Positions 9,001-14,650 of a stretch of DNA of 14,650 nt are shown piece after piece. Numbering within the stretch: the stretch's first letter is position 1; each line of letters begins with the position of its first letter. The stretch comes from Deltaproteobacteria bacterium (GTDB taxonomy: Bacteria > Myxococcota_A > UBA9160 > SMWR01). The stretch spans positions 1-14,650 of the forward strand of contig JAQBGU010000198.1 of assembly GCA_032128375.1 (NCBI GenBank), in the 5' to 3' direction. The translations under genes were made by a program, and so were the position numbers. The notes under the pieces are model-generated. The model was not told the origin of the DNA. It was given only the letters and a program-made list of their open reading frames with translations, and did not search any database.

Positions 9001-9129
9001 GACCCGTGCGATCCGACCCCGCTTCCCGAGCCGGGCCAGATTCTGACGCTCGCCATGGGCTTGCTGGGACTGGGTGGGTTGAACCGTCGACGCCTCGCCA
9101 GGCGACAGCGCGGTTCCGTCATGGGCTAG
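6061..9129 (+). CDS. Secreted YncE/YVTN-type beta-propeller + di-heme cytochrome c (CcP/MauG-like) protein with TSP3 repeat and PEP-CTERM-type tail
   Basis: Signal peptide ...ALAVCVMLWLGAPVASA|QD; propeller blades (ISPDGSQLFAINT, VGMEPTAVA, VVNFLSDSVSVVD, VGDEPSDI, VSPDGNTLYIA, NNSISVVD); CSSCH 7732-7746 and CNDCH 8215-8229; HWRGDR, FKVPHLRN, FTHDG; DNCP...DSDGLGDPCD 8941-9012; LPEP + hydrophobic helix + RRRLARR. ATG 6061 (GGAG ~9 nt upstream) is preferred over GTG 5971. Confidence 0.88.
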   Translation: MTRLATARCHPSDRQDPIFLRASKALAVCVMLWLGAPVASAQDPFLTFDTLQGRPIAISPDGSQLFAINTPDNHLEIFDIDVNGDLLLAGSVQVGMEPTAVAARNNDEIWVVNFLSDSVSVVDVSGAVPRVVRTLHVGDEPSDIVFAGPAGNRAFITTAHRGQNSPYPDGEFDQEGIGRADIWVFDAANLGTSLGGDELTIITVFGDKPRALATSTDGSKVYAAIFHSGNQTMTLNSGFICVTGATSLNNNTPEPSCVLDGGTSPGGTPPPHQNKAPQEIDRPEVGMIVKWKRDGVTNAWQDELGRDWSNWVKFNLPDRDVFEINANANPPVAVDGSSTCSDGAGCWAGVGTTIFNMAVNPITGKIYVSNTDAQNHVRFEGPGTLAGPIKPVSEPATVRSNLAQARVTVLDGANVLPRHLNKHINYSLHPAGFGVKEKSNANPMGMIVSPDGNTLYIASFGSGKVGVFDTGALETDAFVPNDTDHILLSGGGPSGLALQGTRLYVLTRFNNSISVVDTGTKLEVQMLALHNPEPASVVDGRPFLYDANLSSSNGEASCSSCHIGGDMDDLAWDLGNPDDDRKANVNPMNDEPFVALLGGLTSCFIQNFIFGNGCTFHPMKGPMTTQSLRGMDLQGPQHWRGDREGDATSSFLAFNFAFVGLLGRLLPQTGPDMIAFKDFALQLRYPPNPTRNLDNSLTTIQAQGLAVYDAPDTDQVASCNDCHTLEPENGFFGGDGRSTFDAATEIFKVPHLRNMYQKVGMFGESQPQAVTFPLVGTGTAFAGPYTATGDQVRGFGFTHDGSVDTLFRFVSASVFTINNTEQTRVQAFIIAMDSDVAPVVGQQVTLNATNSGMAGPRIDLMIARCDTAFDSKILFDLNGGAVNECDLVAKLDQGGSQRGYVYDASSNLFEPDDGGAAISDATLRAMAATASQEITYTAAPPGSGFRMGINRDLDTFLDGPDNCPGVPNDDQLDTDSDGLGDPCDPTPLPEPGQILTLAMGLLGLGGLNRRRLARRQRGSVMG
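9022..9129 (+). other. PEP-CTERM-like exosortase sorting signal
   Basis: LPEPGQILTLAMGLLGLGGLNRRRLARRQR: PEP motif, then a TM segment, then a basic cluster at the C-terminus. Confidence 0.8.
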
Positions 9130-9220
9130 CGGGGGCCGTCGAGGAGGCGCCGAAATTCCCGAATCTCGATCTGTTTCGACCGAGTGGTGGATGGTCCACC
9201 GCAGCACGCGTCCACAGTGC

Positions 9221-10774
9221 TCAGCGAGTAGCGGTCTTCGTCTTACCCAAACCCCGCTCGTGTTGCAGTTCGTCGGCGATCGCTCGAGCCAGCGCGCTGC
9301 CCGCCGCTAGATTGCCGCGCGCGTTCCAGTGGGTGTCGCGGAGGTGATAGGTGCGGCCGCTGGGTTCGGCGGCTCGCAGGACGGGCAGCAAGTCGAGGCA
9401 TTCGATGTCGCGGTCTGTGCAGAACGCCAGAATGCGCTGCTGTGGCAACGTTCGGTCCAGTCCCGGCGCATCGCCACCTAGCGTCTCCCAAAGCGCGTCG
9501 TTCACCTGGAATTCGTCGGGAATCAAGACGACGAGGAGCCTTTCCTCCAGCAGGCTGTGGAAGTGTCGGAGGCCGGCAAATAGCTGGTCGAAACCCTGCG
9601 CAATCTTGGCGTCACCCGGGTCGGTGATTCGCCGCCGCCGGGTCTCCACCTCGAGGAACCGGCTCTCGGTCATCGTCGAGATTTCAAGGCCAGGGTCCTC
9701 GATCCAGGCCGGGGCCTCGCCCGGTTGGCCGCCGTCCGCCCCGATGCGGGCCACTCGCTCTCGCTCGTCCACAGTGAGGCGCGCGAGTGACAGGAGGCGA
9801 GCCGTGACCCGCCACGTGAGCCACTGCTGCAATCGGTAGCGCTCCTTGACTGCCTTCGTGAAGGAGATGCCTTCGTGGATGTCGTTACCGACGAAGACGC
9901 AAACGACAACAAGGGTCGGCTTGTGTGGCATGACCTCGGTAGCCAGCAGCTGTGCGTATTCCGCCAGCCCGATCGCAGGTACGCCAAAGTTGTGGAGCGC
10001 AACCCGTGCGTATCGCTTCCCGAATTCCGCGCGAAGCGCTCTTTCGGCGACGCTGATGAAGTTGTAACGCAGAGGAACGATGCCGAGACCGAATGAATCG
10101 GCGAGAACCGCAACGACCAGATCGTCGCGGTCGGCAGTGAAGAATTCGTCATCCGCGTAGCCACCGCGGTTCAGTCGGCCGTCGTGGAACGCCGCGTGCG
10201 CGGGCTGCCGCATCGCGTCGAGGTGCTCCGCTACCGAGTCTCGAAACACCAGCGGAGACGGTCGAAGAGTCGCGAAGACGGTCAGAGCGATCTCCGCCAG
10301 TACCAGCGTTGCGACGACGTTTGTGCAGACAAGCTGGAGTAACACGGCCCCGCGAGTCGCGACGCGATCAGAAGGGGACGTCGCACCCGCTGCCCAATGC
10401 AGCGACCAGACAATCTGTGCGAGCCCCAGGCTCGAGAGGAAGATTGAGCGTGTCATCCACCGCTCAGCCGTCGGCGGCAGCCATATCTGGGCGACACTCG
10501 CCATGACCAGCGCGAAGGGCAGCGCGTAGAACAGTGTCTGGAGCGCGCGGGTCGCCAGCTGGCGATTCGGGTCGCGCAAGCCCAGCCAGACGCCGACCGC
10601 GGCACTGGCCACAATGACGACGATGCGCGAAATCAGCAAGAGCGGCGCGAGGCCAGCCTCCTGTCCAGGCAGGCAGGTCGTGTGGGCCTCCCAGTCGTGC
10701 AGCAGAACGTCGAGGCTCCAGATCCAGAAGCCCAGGTATGTGAGTGGAACGAGCAGACGCACTGCTCCATTCAT
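9221..10774 (-). CDS. Multi-TM membrane protein with a C-terminal SGNH/AlgJ-AlgX-like domain (putative O-acetyltransferase or esterase)
   Basis: About five N-terminal hydrophobic segments, then VAVLADSFG (block I, Ser codon 10094-10096), NFGVPAIG, FVGND, LIPDEFQV, CLDLLP, DTHWN..G (9326-9337). Confidence 0.82.
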   Translation of the reverse strand: MNGAVRLLVPLTYLGFWIWSLDVLLHDWEAHTTCLPGQEAGLAPLLLISRIVVIVASAAVGVWLGLRDPNRQLATRALQTLFYALPFALVMASVAQIWLPPTAERWMTRSIFLSSLGLAQIVWSLHWAAGATSPSDRVATRGAVLLQLVCTNVVATLVLAEIALTVFATLRPSPLVFRDSVAEHLDAMRQPAHAAFHDGRLNRGGYADDEFFTADRDDLVVAVLADSFGLGIVPLRYNFISVAERALRAEFGKRYARVALHNFGVPAIGLAEYAQLLATEVMPHKPTLVVVCVFVGNDIHEGISFTKAVKERYRLQQWLTWRVTARLLSLARLTVDERERVARIGADGGQPGEAPAWIEDPGLEISTMTESRFLEVETRRRRITDPGDAKIAQGFDQLFAGLRHFHSLLEERLLVVLIPDEFQVNDALWETLGGDAPGLDRTLPQQRILAFCTDRDIECLDLLPVLRAAEPSGRTYHLRDTHWNARGNLAAGSALARAIADELQHERGLGKTKTATR

Positions 10775-10866
10775 CCTGATCTGCCCTCAGTCTGCAAGTG
10801 TCAGGCTGCCGTCTGGGTGCGTCGCGTCTCGATCCACGGAGATCCACGAGCGTTCGACCGGGAAAG

Positions 10867-10914
10867 TCCCGTCTCGATTCCCGTTTCGATTCCCGTTTCG
10901 ATTCCCGTTTCGAA
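10867..10914. repeat. Intergenic 12-bp tandem repeat (TCCCGTTTCGAT x4)
   Basis: Units at 10867 (TCCCGTCTCGAT), 10879, 10891 and 10903 (TCCCGTTTCGAA); no spacers. Confidence 0.95.
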
Positions 10915-11148
10915 TGGAGATCGGAGAGTCAGCCGCGAACTCGGCCGAGATCTTCGGGGAGGCGTGTCCCGATCCCCCTAATGCCACGGTAGACAGGATG
11001 ACCACGGGCCGCGACACTGGACGATACTTGTTACACGGCCTTCGGCGAGCAAGGTTGAGACTCGAATCGAGCGCCTGGAAGATGCCGTACCAGAATTCGC
11101 CGTGCCTGCGAAGCGCTTCGATGACCGGTCGTGAGGTGGCATCTGGCA

Positions 11149-11212
11149 GGCATGAAGGGGGCATGAAGGGGGCATGAGGGGGCATGAGGGGGCATGAGGA
11201 GGGCATGAGGAG
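11149..11212 (+). repeat. Six-copy 10-11 bp tandem repeat GGCATGA(A)GG(A)G spanning the malic enzyme translation start
   Basis: Units: GGCATGAAGGG x2 (11149, 11160), GGCATGAGGG x2 (11171, 11181), GGCATGAGGAG x2 (11191, 11202). Confidence 0.95.
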
Positions 11213-12914
11213 ATCCTGGTTCCAGCAGGCCGAAGACGGGACACTCCGCGTCGAGACCACCAAGCGGGGACACGACGTCCTCGACGATCCGCTGCTCAAC
11301 AAGGGAACGGGATTCACCGCGGGCGAGCGCCGCGCGCTGGGTATCGAAGGCTTGCTGCCGAAAGCGCTGTTCGGGATCGAGCAGCAAATCCGACGCGCCT
11401 ACGGGAATATCGCGCGCAAAGACGACGCGCTCGAGAAGTACATCGGCATGATTGCGCTTCAGGACCGCAGTGAGGTGCTTTTTTTTCGCGTCCTGCTGCA
11501 ACACATCGAAGATCTGATGCCGATCGTGTACACACCGACGGTGGGAGACGCCTGTACTTCGTTCAGTCAGATATTTCGGCGAGGTCGCGGGATCTGGATC
11601 AGCCCGCCGGACTCCGGGCGAATCGATGAAGTGCTCGGCAACGCGGACAACGGCGAGATCCGGCTGATTGTCGTCACCGACGGGGAGCGGATTCTCGGGC
11701 TCGGCGACCAGGGCGCGGGTGGCATGGGTATTCCGATCGGGAAGCTCGCCCTCTACACCGTGGCAGCCGGCATCCATCCGCGCCACTGCCTGCCCATCTG
11801 TCTCGACGTGGGGACAGACAATCCCGGTCTGCACAACGACCCCTTGTACGTTGGGCTACGCGAGCCACGCCTGCGCGGCGAGCCCTATGCCGAGTTCGTC
11901 GACGAGTTCATCCGCGGGGTCAAGCGCCGCTTCCCGCGCGCTCTGCTGCAATGGGAAGATTTCAAGAAGACGAATGCGCTGAATCTGCTCGAGCGTTACC
12001 GCAAGACACTCGCTTCGTTCAATGACGACATTCAGGGAACCGCAGCCGTGGGTCTCGCAGCCGTGCTGGCCGCCGGCCGCGCCAACCATACGCCCATCGA
12101 GCAACAGAGGATCGTCATTCTGGGAGCTGGGGCGGCCGGCGTGGGCATCGCGCATCAGGTGAGAGATGCGGTCAGCAGAGCAGGGCTGACCGGTGACGCA
12201 TTGATCCAGAGCGTCGCCGTGCTCGATAGCCGCGGGCTACTCGTCGCGAATCGCGAGATCTCGGACGACTATAAGTTGGCGTTCGCTTGGCCGATCGAAC
12301 TCGCGAAGGCAAACGGCCTCGACCCCGACGGCCCCCTCGGACTTCTCGACGTGGTGCGAGGGCTGAAGCCCACGGTGCTGATCGGAACCTCGGGCCAGCC
12401 CGGCGCATTCACAGAGGAGATCGTTCGCGCAATGGCAGACGGCTGCGAACGTCCCGCCATCTTCCCGTTCTCGAACCCGACGAGCAAGTGCGAGGCCACG
12501 CCAGACGATATTGTCCACTGGACTGCCGGCCGAGCGTTCGTCGCGACAGGCAGCCCGTTTGCCCCCGTCGATTTTGGTGGCCGGACGGTGCGCATCGGGC
12601 AGAGCAATAATGTGTACGTTTTCCCCGGTGTCGGGCTCGGCTGTTTGGTCGCGGAGGTCACGGAGGTGACGGACTCGATGTTCACCATCGCCGCCGAGGC
12701 CGTCGCGGGCGCGGTCGAAGACCGGGAACTCGAGGCTGGGACGCTATTTCCGCGCCTCACAGAGCTGCGCTCCATCACGCATGGAATCGCTACCGCAGTC
12801 GTGAGAGAGGCGAACCGTCTGGGGCTTGGCAGGGCGATCCCGGACGACGAGGTGGAACAGGCAGTCTCTGCGATGATGTGGTACCCGGACCACCCGCTTG
12901 TCGTCGCGGTGTAG
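11205..12914 (+). CDS. maeA: NAD-dependent malic enzyme (large MaeA/SfcA type)
   Basis: LNKGTGF, PIVYTPTVG, VVTDGERILGLGDQG, GKLALY, QWEDF, FNDDIQGT, GAGAAG, SNPTSKCEATP, GQSNNVYVFPGVGLG. Start is ATG 11205 or the in-frame ATG 11184. Confidence 0.95.
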   Translation: MRRSWFQQAEDGTLRVETTKRGHDVLDDPLLNKGTGFTAGERRALGIEGLLPKALFGIEQQIRRAYGNIARKDDALEKYIGMIALQDRSEVLFFRVLLQHIEDLMPIVYTPTVGDACTSFSQIFRRGRGIWISPPDSGRIDEVLGNADNGEIRLIVVTDGERILGLGDQGAGGMGIPIGKLALYTVAAGIHPRHCLPICLDVGTDNPGLHNDPLYVGLREPRLRGEPYAEFVDEFIRGVKRRFPRALLQWEDFKKTNALNLLERYRKTLASFNDDIQGTAAVGLAAVLAAGRANHTPIEQQRIVILGAGAAGVGIAHQVRDAVSRAGLTGDALIQSVAVLDSRGLLVANREISDDYKLAFAWPIELAKANGLDPDGPLGLLDVVRGLKPTVLIGTSGQPGAFTEEIVRAMADGCERPAIFPFSNPTSKCEATPDDIVHWTAGRAFVATGSPFAPVDFGGRTVRIGQSNNVYVFPGVGLGCLVAEVTEVTDSMFTIAAEAVAGAVEDRELEAGTLFPRLTELRSITHGIATAVVREANRLGLGRAIPDDEVEQAVSAMMWYPDHPLVVAV

Positions 12915-12917
12915 GCG

Positions 12918-14219
12918 ATGTTCCTTCGATTTTTGCATCGCCCATTTCTTCGATTGCCACTCGGTTCATCAATCGCATCACTCGCACTTTTCGGAGCCAT
13001 CGTACTGCTCTCGGCCTGCGCGACGACGCATGAATACGCGCGTGATCTCCACTTCGATTCGATCGTCGTCGATGGGCACTCGGACACGACACCACGCTTC
13101 GAAGATCCGACCTGGTCGTTCGGCGATAGACACGACGCCGCCGACGGCGATATGGACCTTCCGCGAATTCGTGAAGGCGGCCTCGACGTTCAGTTCTGGT
13201 CCATTTACATGGGAAAGACGGAAACGCCCGGCGACGCGATCCGCGAGGCGCTCGAGCGGATCGACGCGGTCCACGAGATGGCCGAGCGATACCCAGACGA
13301 TGTCGTGGTCGCGAAATCCGTCCGTGAAATCCGGGAGGCCGTCGCCGACGGAAAATTCGTCAGCCTGATGGGCATCGAAGGCGGGCATATCATCGAGGAG
13401 AGCCTTTCGGCTCTGCGCAACTTCTATCGCCTCGGCGTCCGCTACATGACGCTCACTCATTCCTTCCACACGAGCTGGGCCGACTCTTCCGGAACGAACG
13501 AAACCCCCGAGCCCGTCCACGAGGGTCTCACCGACTTCGGGAGACAGGTCGTGGTCGAAATGAACCGCATCGGCATGCTCGTCGATGTCTCCCATGTCTC
13601 CGACCAGTCGTTCTTCGATGCCGTCGAGGTTTCGCGGGCCCCCGTCATCGCTTCGCACTCCTCGGCACGCGCGATCGCCGATCATACCCGCAACATGACA
13701 GACGACATGCTGCGCGCGTTGGCGAACAACGACGGCGTCGTGATGATCAACTTCTACCCGGTGTATATCGATGAGGCAGCCCGTGACGCAGCCCGTGCGT
13801 ATTTTGAGAGCCACGGCGCAACGATCGGTGATCTCTACACCAACAAGGACGTGGGTCCCGAAGTACGCCGCGCCAGGCTCCGCGAACACTTCGCGAGGTA
13901 CCCGGTGCCACAAGCCTCATTGGACGTACTGCTCGACCATTTCGACCACGCCATCGAAGTTGCCGGTCCAGACCACGTTGGAATCGGGGCAGACTGGGAT
14001 GGGGTGCCGAGCATGCCGGTGGGGATGGAAGACGTAGCCAAGTTGCCTTCGCTCACAGAGGGCCTACTCGCCCGCGGCCACTCTGCGGAGACGCTGCGCA
14101 AGGTGCTCGGCGAGAACGTCCTGCGCGCGCTCGGGGCTGCCGAAAATGTCGCACGTACCATGCGGGGCGAGGACTTGGCCCGCGCGAGAGGTGACTCCAG
14201 CCTAGGATCAGCCCCGTAG
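12918..14219 (+). CDS. Membrane (renal-type, peptidase M19) dipeptidase, predicted lipoprotein
   Basis: DGHSDT, DLPRIREGG, IEGG, GVRYMTLTH, DVSH, ASHS, RNMTDD, HVGIGADWDG, KVLGENVLR. Lipobox LSAC (Cys codon 13017-13019). Begins 3 bp after the malic enzyme stop. Confidence 0.93.
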   Translation: MFLRFLHRPFLRLPLGSSIASLALFGAIVLLSACATTHEYARDLHFDSIVVDGHSDTTPRFEDPTWSFGDRHDAADGDMDLPRIREGGLDVQFWSIYMGKTETPGDAIREALERIDAVHEMAERYPDDVVVAKSVREIREAVADGKFVSLMGIEGGHIIEESLSALRNFYRLGVRYMTLTHSFHTSWADSSGTNETPEPVHEGLTDFGRQVVVEMNRIGMLVDVSHVSDQSFFDAVEVSRAPVIASHSSARAIADHTRNMTDDMLRALANNDGVVMINFYPVYIDEAARDAARAYFESHGATIGDLYTNKDVGPEVRRARLREHFARYPVPQASLDVLLDHFDHAIEVAGPDHVGIGADWDGVPSMPVGMEDVAKLPSLTEGLLARGHSAETLRKVLGENVLRALGAAENVARTMRGEDLARARGDSSLGSAP

Positions 14220-14400
14220 CCCCTGGATCAGCGGCCACACCTCACGTTCGAACAAACGAAGCCCCTCCCATGCGAATGCTGGGTCGATACCCCCAACAGG
14301 GGAGTGAGGTGCCAGACGCTGTTCGGGCCGAGTTCGTGTGCGAGCGCGACCGCCTGCGCGGGCGTCAGCGTTCGGTAGGCACCCGAAGCGTGCGCAGCGA
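14208..14400 (-). pseudogene. Frameshifted 3' remnant of a second LLM-class flavin-dependent oxidoreductase
   Basis: Joining two frames gives ASGAYRTLTPAQAVALAHELGPNSVWHLTPLLG/GIDPAFAWEGLRLFEREVWPLIQGLRG*. The shift lies in the C5 run 14290-14294, where one more base restores LLGGIDP. The upstream boundary is approximate. Confidence 0.7.
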
Positions 14401-14546
14401 CGCACCGATCCCGGCGATAGCGCCAGCTTCGCTTCGTTCGACGCCACGCGATACGAGCGCAGAGCATTTTCGATGCAGTATTCCACGGTGCACGCATAGG
14501 AGCGTGACGCCACCTGACCTAACTTCGCCGACGGAGGGGGGGACAA

Positions 14547-14650
14547 GTGGAAGCGGGGAAGGGTGCGATCTGCGCGGCGTCGTGGCTGGCTTGCACCCTG
14601 GTCGCCGGTTGTTTGTCGGATACGGCTCGGTTCTCTACGAGCGAAACGAT
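14547..14650 (+). CDS. Probable start of a lipoprotein gene (partial, runs off the window)
   Basis: SD-like GGAGG at 14533-14537 plus a G-run, GTG 14547, open to the edge: MEAGKGAICAASWLACTLVAGC-LSDTARFSTSET with lipobox VAGC. Not in the ORF track. Confidence 0.5.
   Translation, partial: MEAGKGAICAASWLACTLVAGCLSDTARFSTSET

Noticed and set aside
7645..9207. 520-aa antisense ORF (also 11031..11834, 12269..13087, 12978..13913, 6826..7515)
   Set aside because: They lie opposite motif-rich genes and have no motifs of their own; long shadow ORFs are expected from GC-rich codon bias.
9130..9220. Rho-independent terminator between the convergent cytochrome and SGNH genes
   Set aside because: I could not find a convincing stem-loop with a U-tract on either strand.
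10867..11212. Tandem arrays as CRISPR or replication iterons
   Set aside because: Units are 10-12 bp with no spacers, and there are no cas or rep genes in the window.
10614..11317. ORFs 10614..11177 (+), 10682..10981 (+) and 10787..11317 (-) with RFPF/SIPV/NRNG repeats
   Set aside because: They are translations of the intergenic DNA repeats, overlap real genes and show no domain signal.
5266..14400. The two LLM stubs as halves of one gene split by an insertion, or as direct repeats flanking a mobile element
   Set aside because: Both are C-terminal ends with dissimilar sequence, and no integrase, transposase or target duplication is visible.

Overview
GC-rich bacterial window with ten intact-looking CDSs, mostly on the + strand. 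In order: a cytoplasmic PAS histidine kinase and a coupled receiver-Hpt fusion; two Fe(II)/2-oxoglutarate dioxygenases (IPNS-like, PhyH-like); a membrane-anchored metallo-beta-lactamase-fold hydrolase; a ~1020-aa secreted beta-propeller/di-heme cytochrome c protein with a TSP3 repeat and a PEP-CTERM-type tail; a membrane SGNH/AlgJ-like protein (- strand); NAD-dependent malic enzyme; a lipoprotein M19 dipeptidase; and the probable start of a lipoprotein gene at the right edge. Three gene stubs are hidden between them: two luciferase-like monooxygenase (LLM) 3' ends and a probable pentameric ligand-gated ion channel M4 remnant. The most unusual items are (i) the surface-sorted propeller/di-heme enzyme, (ii) a six-copy GGCATGA repeat at the malic enzyme start that forms a chain of ATGA-coupled mini-ORFs and a G5x4 quadruplex motif, and (iii) a back-to-back junction of two decapitated genes at ~5530. 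All family calls come from motif recognition by eye; no searches were run.
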